Source: an uncultured Deinococcaceae bacterium
GTDB lineage: Bacteria; Deinococcota; Deinococci; Deinococcales; Deinococcaceae
Direction: 5' to 3'
NCBI GenBank assembly: GCA_964252075.1
Contig: CAXULY010000024.1
Location: 1 to 64,000 of the forward strand
Length of the DNA: 64,000 nt
In this document: one piece after another, positions 21,034 through 31,717 of the stretch
How positions within the stretch are numbered: position 1 is the stretch's first letter
Layout: each line of letters opens with the position of its first letter
Notes under the pieces: model-generated
What the model was told of the DNA's origin: nothing
What the model saw: only the letters and a program-made list of their open reading frames with translations
Database searches by the model: none
Translations under genes and position numbers: made by a program

Positions 21034-21197
21034 GACGCCAGTATCAAAAGGCGGACCGCCCCGGTCAAGGTGATGCCCTCGACGCGGAAGGGCCTAAATC
21101 AGGAGCCAGGATCAGCGGGTTGAGGCAGAGTATGAGCGCCCCCAGGTCACCAGAGGCGCTCGCACACCGTGCCATCCCGTCCTGATCGCCATTCACC

Positions 21198-21821
21198 TCA
21201 GTACGGCCGGTCCTCCTCGGGCGGACCCACCGTGAAGTCCAGGAAGCGCACCTCGAAGCCCGCGCGTTGTAGGCTGAACGCGTACATGCCCACCACCGCG
21301 GGCTCATCGGGTGGGAAGTACGCCAGGCGCAGCAGCGCCCAGTCCCCCTCGGGCAACCGGGCGTGCACGCGCACGGCGTCGCCACGGCGGGTGAGCTTCA
21401 AGTCCACGAAGGGCGGGTGCCCGGCGGGCCAGACGCTCCCGTCGCTGAACTCACGCGTGACGACCGCGCTGAGCTGCTGCTTTTGCAGGAACTCCACCCC
21501 CGCCTTCACCCAGCACGTCGCGTCGCTGCGCAGCATCAGGCCCGCCTGGTCGTACAGCACCTCGTACGGACCCTCCACCCGGACGGTCGCGGTGAACTTG
21601 ATAGGAGCGGGCGAGTGCAGGACGTGCCCGTCATCGCGGGTGAAGCCGTAGTGCGTGATGCGCCAGAAGTCGGTGTGATCGCGGGTGCGGACATGCAGCG
21701 CGCCGTCCTGCACCTGCCACTCAGGTTCGTTCAGCCATTGTAGCTGCGTCCAGTCAGGCGTGCGGAACAGACGGTCGTTCTCGGGCATAGAGGTCGCCAG
21801 CAGGCGCACCCTGCCGCCCAC
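21198..21821 (-). CDS. DUF1349 domain protein
   Basis: WLNEP...TDFWRITHYGFTRDDGH...YDQAGLM...WVKAGVE. Confidence 0.88.
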   Translation of the reverse strand: MGGRVRLLATSMPENDRLFRTPDWTQLQWLNEPEWQVQDGALHVRTRDHTDFWRITHYGFTRDDGHVLHSPAPIKFTATVRVEGPYEVLYDQAGLMLRSDATCWVKAGVEFLQKQQLSAVVTREFSDGSVWPAGHPPFVDLKLTRRGDAVRVHARLPEGDWALLRLAYFPPDEPAVVGMYAFSLQRAGFEVRFLDFTVGPPEEDRPY

Positions 21822-22088
21822 CCGGCTGCGTGATCCGCTCTCCTTGCATCCTGTTGCACGGGACGTCCTCGGCCGCCCGGTCGCGCGGCGAGCGTGCTGG
21901 CGGACACGGCCTGGCGGACTGCGGCGGTCGCCTCAGCGGCCCCAGGTGCCGGGTGGGCGCCGCTCACGCCGTGCTGCATACATGCCGGAACGAGCGCCCA
22001 GAAGCGGTGCGATTGCTTTCAGGGTGGAGGCGACGAGGCACAGGGGTGTCGGAGCAAGCGGCGTGGCGGGCAGGGGCGCGGCCAGGGG

Positions 22089-22916
22089 TTACTCGCCGTC
22101 GCCGAGCTCCAGGTACATGGTGGGCCGCGTCGCCCAGTAGGGCCAGGTGAAGCCGCCCGTGTAGTGATCCTGCCAGGCAGCCACCGTGCCGTCCGTGAGG
22201 ATGGGGCGCACCTGCAGGGGCGTGCCGTTCATGCTGGCGGTCACGGTGTACGTGCCGTACATCACGTTGGGCACAATCCAGCCGTCTCCGGTGTGCACGG
22301 GCTCCACCACGATCTGCTGGCCGGTGCTGCCGTCGGCCAGGAGCCCGACCGGGGTCACCGTCAGCGTCACCTCGCCCTCCCTAACGCCGAATTGCCCGAA
22401 CCCATGAATAACGTTGATCTTGCCCAGTTCGCCGTAGGGATTGGCCTCGGTCACAGCGGGTGCATAGCTGAAATCGCGCACGCCGCCTCCGTTCAGCCCT
22501 CCGGCCACCAGATCCGGGTTGCTGGGCGTCAGTTTGACGGGGACGTCCATGCCGTTGTACTTCAGGGTGACCTGCGCGGTGACGTTCCAGGTGGCGGCGA
22601 GGGAGCCGATGTCGATGCGGTACGTGCCGTCGGCGGCGCTCTGAACGATTCGGTTGTCGTTGTAGGAGAGGGTGTTGTCCGCGATGATCGTCGCGCCCCT
22701 GATGGGATCGCCCTGCAGGTTGGTCACCCGGCCGGTGATGGCGTTGGTCGCCGTGGGGGTGGGCGTCGGGGTGGGGTTTCCCGTGCCGGGGCCCGGGGGC
22801 ACTGGGGTCGACGGGTGCCCGGTGTTCGTCCCGCCGCTGCAGGCCCCCAGGGCCAACGAGAGGACGAGGAAGGCGGAACGGATCAGGGTGGTCCGGGTTA
22901 TGGTGGGCTGCGTCAT
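22089..22916 (-). CDS. Lipoprotein with Pro/Thr linker and carboxypeptidase-regulatory-like beta-sandwich domains
   Basis: Lipobox LALGAC; ITGRVTNLQGDPIRGATI...SAADGTYRI; GAAAGGA RBS. Confidence 0.85.
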   Translation of the reverse strand: MTQPTITRTTLIRSAFLVLSLALGACSGGTNTGHPSTPVPPGPGTGNPTPTPTPTATNAITGRVTNLQGDPIRGATIIADNTLSYNDNRIVQSAADGTYRIDIGSLAATWNVTAQVTLKYNGMDVPVKLTPSNPDLVAGGLNGGGVRDFSYAPAVTEANPYGELGKINVIHGFGQFGVREGEVTLTVTPVGLLADGSTGQQIVVEPVHTGDGWIVPNVMYGTYTVTASMNGTPLQVRPILTDGTVAAWQDHYTGGFTWPYWATRPTMYLELGDGE

Positions 22917-23211
22917 GGTGGGTTCCTTTCGCGCACCGCTGGGGGTGCTTCTGGGATCAAGCGTAAAAAACCCCTGGTGGTGGGCGCATGACACCTGAAA
23001 GGGAGGCGCGTCCGCACCGCACGAACCCGCCAGCGGCGGCCCGCGTCGCCTTCCCGGAGGCGCTCATGCTTTCCAACCAACCCCCTGATCCCACCACCGC
23101 AAGGTTTCGGCGCCACCCACCGATCACACCGCTGGTGCGCGTCCAGGCGGCGCGCACGGTGAAGCGCACCTCAAGCGGGCTGCGCAGACGGTGGGCACCG
23201 AGAGGAGTCGC

Positions 23212-23964
23212 ATGACCGAGTCACCCCTGCCCTACCGCTTTTATGGTGAGCTGGCGCGCTGGTGGCCGCTCATCTCACCCGTCGCCGATTACGAGGAAGA
23301 GGCCGGTTACGTGGCTTCGCTGCTCCTGGCGCACCCACGGCCCGTGCACGCGGTGCTGGAACTGGGCAGCGGCGGGGGGCACAACGCCTGGCACCTGAAA
23401 CGCCACTTCCAGTTGACCCTGACGGACCTCTCGACGGACATGCTGACGGCTTCGCAGCAGCTCAACCCGGACCTCGAACACCTCCAGGGCGACATGCGCG
23501 CCCTGCGCCTGGACCGTCAATTCGACGCGGTGTTCGTGCACGACGCGGTGGACTACATGACCTCACGGGCCGACCTGACCCTCGCCCTGCAGACGGCCTT
23601 TCACCACTGCCGCCCGGGCGGCCTCGCGGTGTTCATGCCGGACGACATCCGCGAGACGCTGGAGGAAAACACGTCCCTCGACGAGCAGGACGCGCCCGAC
23701 GGGCGGGCGGTGCGGTTCATGACCTGGACCTGGGACCTCGACCCGAACGACGACGCGGTGCGCACCGAGTACAGTTTCTTGCTGCGCGACGAGGCGGGGA
23801 CGGTGCGCGCCGTGCACGAGACGCACCACCTCGGGGTGTTCCCTCGTCAGGTGTGGCTGGACCTGCTCACCCAGGTGGGCTTCGAGGCGGAGGCGGTGCT
23901 GGAGGACACCACCGAGGACCGCCCGCCCCGCACGGTGTTCCTCGCCGTGTGCCCGACCGCGTAA
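23212..23964 (+). CDS. Class I SAM-dependent methyltransferase
   Basis: VLELGSGGG, TDLS, GDMR, FDAV and RPGG motifs; GAGGAG RBS. Confidence 0.92.
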   Translation: MTESPLPYRFYGELARWWPLISPVADYEEEAGYVASLLLAHPRPVHAVLELGSGGGHNAWHLKRHFQLTLTDLSTDMLTASQQLNPDLEHLQGDMRALRLDRQFDAVFVHDAVDYMTSRADLTLALQTAFHHCRPGGLAVFMPDDIRETLEENTSLDEQDAPDGRAVRFMTWTWDLDPNDDAVRTEYSFLLRDEAGTVRAVHETHHLGVFPRQVWLDLLTQVGFEAEAVLEDTTEDRPPRTVFLAVCPTA

Positions 23965-24316
23965 GGCTGAGGCGGCGGGAGCAGGCGATCATGGGGGCTG
24001 TGTGCCGCCCTGAATGGTCCATCACCGTGTGACGGGCCTGGCCGGGGTGGACCCGCGTCCCTGGGCGGCGCACCCAGCCATGTTCACGCCTGGTGCCTGA
24101 AGTTTCTGGTGTAGCGGTGTGCTGGCCAGGTCGCGGCGGGCGGGTGGATGTTCACGCTGGGCATGGACGCCCGGCAGTGCTCGACGGGCACACGAATCAC
24201 GAGGTGGAGTCCGGAAGGACGTTTACGCCGTCGCGGGCGCGCTGACCGCATCCCATGCGGTGGGACAGCACCCAGCCCCGCCACATCCCCCTGACGTGCA
24301 CGGGGTGGGTAGGCCC

Positions 24317-24347
24317 TTGCTCCTGACATCGTGTGAGGCGGCACACT
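24317..24347 (+). promoter_or_regulatory. MerR-type promoter with 19-bp spacer and dyad
   Basis: TTGCTC, 19-bp spacer, CACACT; imperfect dyad CCTGACA-TCG-TGTGAGG at 24322-24338. Confidence 0.7.
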
Positions 24348-24354
24348 GGACGGC

Positions 24355-25167
24355 GTGACGCTCAGCATCGGATCGTTCGCTCAGCTGGCCGGCGTCTCCG
24401 TCCGGATGCTGCGGCATTATGACCGGATTCAGCTGCTGGCGCCCGCGCGCGTCGACACCGCTTCCGGCCGCCGCACCTATGACCTCGACCAGCTGGCCCT
24501 GCTCCACCGCATCCTGGCCTTGAAGGGCCTGGGCTTCACCCTGCAGGAGGTGTCCGTCATCGTCCATCAGGGCCTCGCGCCCGCGGAGCTGCACGGCATG
24601 CTGCGCCTCCGCCAGGCGCACCTCGAACGGCAGGTCCACCAGCACCAGCACCGCCTGAGCCGCGTGGCGGCACGCCTCCACCTCATTGAACAGGAGCACC
24701 ACATGTCCGACGCCATCCACCGCAAGGCGCTGGCGCCCCTCCGACTGGTTGGGCGGGTGGAGACCGCATCGGACGCCACCCGGGCGACCGTCGGTCGGCT
24801 GGTCGAGCGGCTCTTCACCGTCGTGGCGGACCGCATGGACGCGGTGGGGGGTAACCGCACCGACCCCATCGCCCGTTTCACGGCACCCACCAGGCCGGAA
24901 GGGGCCGTGCAGGTCAGCGCAGGGTATGGGCTGCCGCGGGGGAGCGTGGCCGACCTGGAGGTGCTGGAGCTGCCCGCGGTGGAGGTGGCCGCGGTCATCC
25001 ATCATGGTCCGGTGGTGAACATCACCGCCGCGTACCAGGCGCTGGGTCGGTGGGCGCAGGCGAACGGTCAGGCCAGCGCGCTGCAGGGTGGGGTGTACCT
25101 CGAGGCGAGCGGTGAGGACCAGGGCGACTGGATCGTGGAGGTGCAACTGGAACTCGTGGGCGCCTGA
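24355..25167 (+). CDS. MerR family regulator with GyrI-like effector domain
   Basis: SIGSFAQLAGVSVRMLRHYDRIQLLAP; HHGP...AYQALGRW. Confidence 0.93.
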   Translation: MTLSIGSFAQLAGVSVRMLRHYDRIQLLAPARVDTASGRRTYDLDQLALLHRILALKGLGFTLQEVSVIVHQGLAPAELHGMLRLRQAHLERQVHQHQHRLSRVAARLHLIEQEHHMSDAIHRKALAPLRLVGRVETASDATRATVGRLVERLFTVVADRMDAVGGNRTDPIARFTAPTRPEGAVQVSAGYGLPRGSVADLEVLELPAVEVAAVIHHGPVVNITAAYQALGRWAQANGQASALQGGVYLEASGEDQGDWIVEVQLELVGA

Positions 25168-25217
25168 GGGCCGCGGACCAGCTGCTAGAGGTTGATGCAC
25201 CCGCGACGCGCGTGCCC

Positions 25218-25490
25218 TCATCCCGCAGGTCTGACGCAGGAACCACGCCGACGATGTGGCTGGGCGTGGTGACGTCCGGCCACAATTTGATGCCGGTGAG
25301 GTCGTGGGTCAGGCGGCGGGACGCGTGGTCGTCCTTCATGCCGGGACGACTGGCGAGGCGCTGACCTGCGAGGCCGCGCCTGAACCTGAAGGCCCTTCGC
25401 AGTGAGCCACGCGCGTCGCTCCACGCCGTTCCCGATCAGCGGGTCGACGGGCGGTCGGTCCATCGGCCGAATCAGGGTCAGGGCCTTCAC
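25218..25490 (-). pseudogene. Possible ASCH-domain remnant
   Basis: MKALTLIRP...GNGVERRAW and, in another frame, HIVGVV; frameshifted. Confidence 0.4.
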
Positions 25491-26506
25491 GCGACCTGAC
25501 CGTCTTTGAGGTCGAGGAGGCCGCGCAGGGACGCGCGGCGGTCGCGCCCGTCGCGCCGCCAGCCCACCACGATGGGCGCGAGGTCCGCGCCGTCCTCGGC
25601 GGTGATCACGGCGCGCTCGTGCTGGTGGAAGCGGCTGGGCACCCCATGCCTGGTGGCGGACGCGGTGAGGCTCATCCCTTCGAGGGCGCTGGTCACGGGC
25701 ACGGCGGCGGGCTGCCGCTTCTTCAGCACGGGCGCCTCCTCGGCGGTGTCGGACAACCCAGGCGATGGGGTATGACCGGGCGATCGGAAGACTCGGTGCG
25801 TTTGGGGAGCGGCGGGCCGCCCAGCACGCCGCTCAGCAACTGGGAATGCGCGACCGACAGGCGCGCGGCCCGGGTCGTCGAACTCGCCGGTCACGGCGGC
25901 CCGCTGCGCGCGGAAGGTGCGAAGTTCGACTTCCGCGTCCTCCAACTGTGTGCACGCCAGGTCTGCGGTTGTGCGTTCGGAATTTGGGCGCCGCTCCAGC
26001 CGCGTGCGCTCCTGCGCCGCCACTTTTCGCATGTCGCCGCCGTCCAGCTCCACGCGCTGCGGCGCTCATGGGCTGCGTCCACCTGCGCCTGCGTCGCGTC
26101 GCGCGTCGCCTGTCCGTCCGTGCATTTGACGCGTGCGGTGATTGTCGTCCCGGCTCGGTGCAGGACCCGAGTCCAGCGTGCAAACAGCCCAGGCGACCGG
26201 GTGGCGCGCCGCCCGCGTGGGGTGGGGCCAGCCAGGGCGGGTTCATGCCGACCGCCTGATGGGACAGCCGGTCCCTGGTGGACGTCAGGGCCAGAGAGGA
26301 GGAAATCCAAACGGTAGTGCCCGCACCACCTGGAAGTGTGGCTGGCCTGGACGCCCAGGACTTCGGGTCGCACGGCCCCTTCCGCACACCCTGCGCTTCA
26401 AACGTGCTGATCGCCGAGAACCCACCGTAAGTTTTTTGAGAGGTGCATTTGAATACGGTGAGCACGTTTATTCATGCGTCCTCCGTCGCTTTCCGGGAGT
26501 TCACCT

Positions 26507-29062
26507 ATGACCGCCTCACGCGCACACCCGCACCTTGCGTCGCTCGGCATTCCCCTCCTCCTCGCCGCCTGTGGACAGGCACCCACCGCACCGGCCAGCG
26601 GCCCTGTCTCCCTGTCCATCCACGCGCCCATCCCCACCGTCCTGGCCCAGGCGGTGAAGCCCCAGGGGCTGCCGTCCGGCGCCCTCCCCACCCTGCACTT
26701 CAACGTGACGGTCCGCGACGCCAACGGCACCGCCCTCACCTTCAACGACGGCGTGTACGACCCGAACGGACAGGGTGTCCAGCACAGCCTGCTGCTGAAC
26801 AGCGCCGATCAATACGCCGCGACGCTCCTGCTGCCCGCCGGTCCGTACACCTTCGAGACGGCCGCCAAAGACGGCACGACGGACGCCGCCTCCACGAACG
26901 TTCTGCTCGCGTACGGCCCTGCTGCCGAGAACGCCCTGACCTTAAGCAGCGCCAGTCACACCGTGAACCTTAAGTTCCACACCGTGGTGGATCCAGCCGG
27001 CAGCCGCCTCGACCTGAAGGACAGCGCCGCGGACCCCAGCGCGAACACCCCGCTGGACCTCAGCCTGCGCCCCGTCACGGCCCTGGTGAACGGCACCGCC
27101 TACGCCGCCCCGACCAGCGATTACACCCCACCCACCTACACCCTCGCGGCCGGCTCACAAAGCACCCTGAACGGCTCAGGCAGCGCGCTGGGCGTGAACG
27201 TCACCCCGAACGACGAAACCCTCAACCTCAGTGCGAACTTCCAGGCGTGGCTGCGTCAGGGCAGCACCGACACCGCCGCCCTCTCGCCCGTCACCCTGAA
27301 CTTCCAGCACGCCGTGAGCGGGGTCAGCACCTGTGGCACCCGCGTGACCTTAAATGTCGGGCAGGTTGCCAGTTTCACCGGAGCGGCCGCCGCCAAGCTG
27401 TGTCTGCCAGGAGGCAGCGCCAACGCCCAGGAGTACGCGGTGATTCCCTTCAACCGGGCGGCCACGGTGTCGTACAGCGCCACCACACCCCTCACCCTGA
27501 CCGGAACCAACATCACCGCCTCCACCTTCACTGCCCAGAGCCTGCCCCAGGGCCAGCCGTCCGCGCTGAACCTCCCGGCCGTCAGTGACGCCACGCCGCC
27601 CAGCGAGGACCTCAGTGCCCTCCTGCGCCGACCCCACAGCCGCATCCAAGCCACTGGCGTCCGGGCGCAGGCCATCCCCCAGGGCGTCGTCCCTGCGGTC
27701 GACACGCGCTTCGACCTGAACGTCTCGTCGTCCTGCAGTGGCAGCGCGGACATCCGCACCGCGCGGGTGGAATCCGTCAGCCAGCACGCCATTGTGGTGC
27801 AGGAAGTGGTGGAGGACCCCCTCAACCCTGGCACGTACAGCCCTGACGTCGTCGGTGGGTACGCCCGCAGTGATTACGACGGCATCGGCAAGAACTTCGA
27901 CGTCATCTACGACGAGGTTACCAAGAACTTCGGTGACGCCACGGACGAGGACGGCAACGGCCACGTGGTCCTGTTCTTCACCAGGAAGATGAATGAACTC
28001 AGCCCCCCCGCCTCCTCAGCCATCACCAACGGCCAGTTCCTTACCAAAGACGTCTTCAGCAGCGACCCCGTCAACGGCTGCGAGAACAGCAACGCGGGCG
28101 AACTGCTGTACCTGATGGTGCCCGACCCCACCGGCGCCGTCAACAGCAACGTCCGCACCTTTTCCTACGTGACGGGCAGCCTCAACCAGACGCTGACCAA
28201 AGAGTTCACGCGGCTCAACAACGGCTTTCGCCGCGCCTACGTCACGGGCGCCAGTTTCTTCGAGCAGGGCTGGCTGGATCAGGGCCTGGCCCAGGAAGCG
28301 CTCGAGCTGATGTTCTACCGCAGCCTCGATCCCAACACCACGATGTACGGCAGCGCCAGTGGTGCGACGGGTCCGGGCTCCACCTGGACCGCCTCCACAC
28401 CCCCCGCGGCGTGCGCGTTGCTGCCGGGCCAGAACCTCGTGGTCTCCAACATCAACACCGGGTCATGTGCCTCGCGCCGGGTGGCGGCGTTCAACACCTA
28501 CGAGAACCTGATTTACACCTCTTACCGGTCGTTCCTGCAGAGTCCCAGCGCCAACAGCATCTACCTCAAGAACACCCCGTCGTCGACCGCCACCACCAAC
28601 ACCGGGAACGGCACCATGTACACCGCGACGGCGCCATTTTTGCGGTACCTGGCGGACCGCGCGGGGGGCAACCAGACGCTGTTCTGGCAGCGCCTCGTGA
28701 ACAGCAACCTGGAAGGCGTTGCGAACATCCAGAACGCCCTGGGGGGCGCGGACCCGCAGGATTGGCTGCGCGACTGGAGCGTCGCCACTTTCACCGACGA
28801 CAAAGCAGGGCTGACTGGGGTTGACGCCAAGTTCACGCAACCCAGCTGGAATTACCGCTCCCTGTTCAACGCCCTGGGCGGTTGGCCCTTGCAGCTCCGA
28901 TCCCTTTCAGACGGCGCGCCGGTCACCCTGCCGTACTACTCGGGCGCCACCTCCTACTTCGCCTTGGGCGTTGCTGCCGGGCAGAACGCCACCCTCGCCG
29001 TGACGTCCGGCGGGCAGAATCCGCCCGCGAACATGTCCGTGTCCGTGGTGCGCGTCAAATGA
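26507..29062 (+). CDS. Large lipoprotein: N-terminal beta-sandwich module + zincin (M30-like) peptidase homolog lacking HExxH
   Basis: Lipobox LLAAC; DEDGNGHVVLFFT, SNAGELLYL, TLTKEFTRL, WLDQGLA and FLRYLAD. Confidence 0.85.
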   Translation: MTASRAHPHLASLGIPLLLAACGQAPTAPASGPVSLSIHAPIPTVLAQAVKPQGLPSGALPTLHFNVTVRDANGTALTFNDGVYDPNGQGVQHSLLLNSADQYAATLLLPAGPYTFETAAKDGTTDAASTNVLLAYGPAAENALTLSSASHTVNLKFHTVVDPAGSRLDLKDSAADPSANTPLDLSLRPVTALVNGTAYAAPTSDYTPPTYTLAAGSQSTLNGSGSALGVNVTPNDETLNLSANFQAWLRQGSTDTAALSPVTLNFQHAVSGVSTCGTRVTLNVGQVASFTGAAAAKLCLPGGSANAQEYAVIPFNRAATVSYSATTPLTLTGTNITASTFTAQSLPQGQPSALNLPAVSDATPPSEDLSALLRRPHSRIQATGVRAQAIPQGVVPAVDTRFDLNVSSSCSGSADIRTARVESVSQHAIVVQEVVEDPLNPGTYSPDVVGGYARSDYDGIGKNFDVIYDEVTKNFGDATDEDGNGHVVLFFTRKMNELSPPASSAITNGQFLTKDVFSSDPVNGCENSNAGELLYLMVPDPTGAVNSNVRTFSYVTGSLNQTLTKEFTRLNNGFRRAYVTGASFFEQGWLDQGLAQEALELMFYRSLDPNTTMYGSASGATGPGSTWTASTPPAACALLPGQNLVVSNINTGSCASRRVAAFNTYENLIYTSYRSFLQSPSANSIYLKNTPSSTATTNTGNGTMYTATAPFLRYLADRAGGNQTLFWQRLVNSNLEGVANIQNALGGADPQDWLRDWSVATFTDDKAGLTGVDAKFTQPSWNYRSLFNALGGWPLQLRSLSDGAPVTLPYYSGATSYFALGVAAGQNATLAVTSGGQNPPANMSVSVVRVK

Positions 29063-29084
29063 GCGCCGCCCTTGGAGGTCCGCA

Positions 29085-30497
29085 ATGAAACGCCTCGTGG
29101 CCCTCACCACCGCCGCGCTGCTCCTCGCCGCCTGCAGCCAGGGCCTGCCCACCCAACCGGGCCAGCCTGGGCCGGTCGACCTGCGCGCCACGTTGACGGT
29201 GGACGTGGCGGGCCTCCCCGCCGGTCAGGCCGCCGCCGTGACCGTCGCTGAGCTCGAAGGGCACGCCCTCACCCTCGCTGGCCCGCAGGTCATCCCGGAC
29301 ATGCCGCTCGGGCGGTACGCGGTGAGCGCGGCGCCCGTGACCGCGGGCGACCTCACCTACACCCCGTCGGTGGACGTTCCGAGCGTTCAGTTCGACGCGC
29401 AGCACCTGCAGCAGACGGTGCACGTCACGTACGCCCCACCCCGCACGGGCAGCCTCACGGTGCACGTCGCCGGCCTCCCCGCTGGGGCGTCGTCCACCCT
29501 GCACCTCACCGCCCCGGACGGCCACGTCCGCGATCTGGCCGCGCTGGACGCACAGACCCTGCCCGACCTTGCGCCCGGCACCTACACGCTGACGGCTGAT
29601 GCGGTCCAGTCGGCGGGCACCGCGTACACTCCGGCCGTCGACCCGGGCACCATTACGGTCGAGGCGGGCCGCACCGTGGTCGCGAACGTCACCTACGTGC
29701 GCGCCGAAGCGCCCCAGGGCGCGGTGTCCGTGCGGGTGACGGGCCTCCCCAGCGGCGCGCCGTTTCAGCTGGTGGTCACGGACGCGCTTGGCCACCCGCA
29801 TGACGTCACGGGCGCCTCGGTCCTCACGAACCTCCCACCGGGCGTGGCGAGCGTCCCCGCCCAGGACGTGCGGGTGGGCGACGTGCGCTACCACACGAGC
29901 GGCGGCAGTGTCACCGTCGTCGCCGGACAGGGCGGCGCCCTCACGGTCGCCTTCCAGGCGGTGAGTGGCGCGCTGCGGGTGGTCGTGAACTCGCCCGTCG
30001 CGCTCCCGGACGACCTGGTGCACGTGGGTGCCCCGACCGGCGCGCAGGCGCTGCGGGCCACCTCCACCCTGCCTGACCTCGCGCCCGGCAGCTACAGCGT
30101 GACGGCGCAGGCGTTCACGCAGGGCGGCTTCACGTACACGCCCAGCATCAGCCCCGAAGTGCTCGCCGTGCAGGCGGGCCTGACGGCGGGCGCCACGGTC
30201 ACCTACACGCCCAACGCGGTGGGTGTCGGGGTGACGGCCGACGTCACGCCACCCCAGGTCACGCTGGACGCCAGTGACACCTCCGCCGCCGTGACCGGCA
30301 CCGCCACGGACGCGGCTGGGCCGGTGCGGGTGCAGGCGTTCGATGGCACCACACTGCTCGGTACGGTGGAAGGCGTCACCGGACCGTGGCAGCTGACCTG
30401 GGCGCCCACTCCAGGGGATCACGCCCTGACGGTCATCGCGACCGACGGCGCCGGGAACACCGCGCAGACCGCCGCGACCATCCACGTCAACCCGTGA
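29085..30497 (+). CDS. Lipoprotein with four tandem beta-sandwich repeats and a C-terminal bacterial Ig-like domain
   Basis: Lipobox LLAAC; repeats of LTVxVAGLPAG...LPDLAPGxYxVTA...TY; DVTPP...ATDGAGN. Confidence 0.88.
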   Translation: MKRLVALTTAALLLAACSQGLPTQPGQPGPVDLRATLTVDVAGLPAGQAAAVTVAELEGHALTLAGPQVIPDMPLGRYAVSAAPVTAGDLTYTPSVDVPSVQFDAQHLQQTVHVTYAPPRTGSLTVHVAGLPAGASSTLHLTAPDGHVRDLAALDAQTLPDLAPGTYTLTADAVQSAGTAYTPAVDPGTITVEAGRTVVANVTYVRAEAPQGAVSVRVTGLPSGAPFQLVVTDALGHPHDVTGASVLTNLPPGVASVPAQDVRVGDVRYHTSGGSVTVVAGQGGALTVAFQAVSGALRVVVNSPVALPDDLVHVGAPTGAQALRATSTLPDLAPGSYSVTAQAFTQGGFTYTPSISPEVLAVQAGLTAGATVTYTPNAVGVGVTADVTPPQVTLDASDTSAAVTGTATDAAGPVRVQAFDGTTLLGTVEGVTGPWQLTWAPTPGDHALTVIATDGAGNTAQTAATIHVNP

Positions 30498-30538
30498 ACG
30501 CCCCGTTCCTCACCTCTTGTTTTCCTAGGAGATTCGCC

Positions 30539-31690
30539 ATGCGCACCCCTTCCACCCTCGCCGTGCTCGTCGCCGCCCTGCTGCTCGCCGCGTGCGGTCA
30601 GAGCCCCGCCGCCACCCCCTCCGCCAGCGGGCCGCTGGTCCGCCTGCACGTCGGGACCACCCCGCAGCGCATCGCCCCGCAGGGCATGCCGACGGGCGGT
30701 TTCGACCCGGCGGGCGCGCACCTGAAACTCAAGGTGAAGGACAGCCAGGGGCAGACCGTGACCTTCCACGACGGCACGTACGCCCCAGCGGGCGACGGCG
30801 ACGCATTCCTGACGCTGAACGGCGCCAATGGGTATGGCGCGACGGTGCTGCTCCCAGCCGGCACGTACACCTTCGAGAGCGCCGTCAAGGACGGCGCGGA
30901 CGAGGCGAGCAGTGCGGGTGTGCTGCTCGCCTACGGAAAGTCCAGTGCCACCAGCGTCGACACCAACCATGCCAGCGTCACACTGGGCGTGCACGCCGTG
31001 ATGAACCCCGCCGCGGCGGCGCTCACCTTCGCGCTGCCCGCCGACGCCCTGTACACGAACGCCCACTTCTCCCTGCGCCTTCAGGTGCCCACGAACAGCG
31101 TCGGCAACCAGGGATACGCCGTGCCGACCAGCGACTACGCGGTCGGGGCGTACACCGTGACGGGCGGCACGCCCGACCCTTCCAGCGCGAGCGTGCTGGG
31201 GGTGGGTGTGACGGCCACCGGTAGCGTCGCGATCCCACAGGTGAGCGTGAGCGTCCCGGTGAGCGGCTGGGTGCAGGACGCCCCGGGCGCGGAAACCGCC
31301 ACGTACGCCCCGCGCACCGTGACCTTCACGCATGCGGTGCAGACCGCGACGGTCAGCGCGGATGTCACGGCACCGAATGAGGCGACCATCGACCCCATGG
31401 GGAGCGTCGCGGTGAACCAAGGGGTGGCGGTGACCGGCACGGCCTTCGACCAGGGCGGTCAGGTGAGCCGCGTGCGGCTGTACGACGGCACGCGGCTCGT
31501 GGCGAGCAGCGAGGGCGCCGAGCAGGCCGCTGGCGTGGCCGCCATCGCCTTCCCCACCTCGGATGACCACTGGTCGAGCACCTGGACGCCCACTGTCGCC
31601 GGAGCGCATGACCTGACTGTCACGGTGAACGACGCGGCGGGCAACGAGACGGTCGGGACGGCGACCGTCTCGGTGGGCGCCCCGAACTGA
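30539..31690 (+). CDS. Lipoprotein with N-terminal module paralogous to 26507 and a C-terminal Ig-like domain
   Basis: AGGAG RBS; lipobox LLAAC; LLPAGTYTFE...LLAYG; DVTAP...NDAAGN. Confidence 0.88.
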   Translation: MRTPSTLAVLVAALLLAACGQSPAATPSASGPLVRLHVGTTPQRIAPQGMPTGGFDPAGAHLKLKVKDSQGQTVTFHDGTYAPAGDGDAFLTLNGANGYGATVLLPAGTYTFESAVKDGADEASSAGVLLAYGKSSATSVDTNHASVTLGVHAVMNPAAAALTFALPADALYTNAHFSLRLQVPTNSVGNQGYAVPTSDYAVGAYTVTGGTPDPSSASVLGVGVTATGSVAIPQVSVSVPVSGWVQDAPGAETATYAPRTVTFTHAVQTATVSADVTAPNEATIDPMGSVAVNQGVAVTGTAFDQGGQVSRVRLYDGTRLVASSEGAEQAAGVAAIAFPTSDDHWSSTWTPTVAGAHDLTVTVNDAAGNETVGTATVSVGAPN

Positions 31691-31717
31691 GCGGGCCGAG
31701 CAGCGAAGGTTCTCCAT

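Noticed and set aside
26140..26400. c-di-GMP riboswitch upstream of the lipoprotein operon
   Set aside because: GCAAAC is present, but the remaining class I/II consensus elements and stems could not be found.
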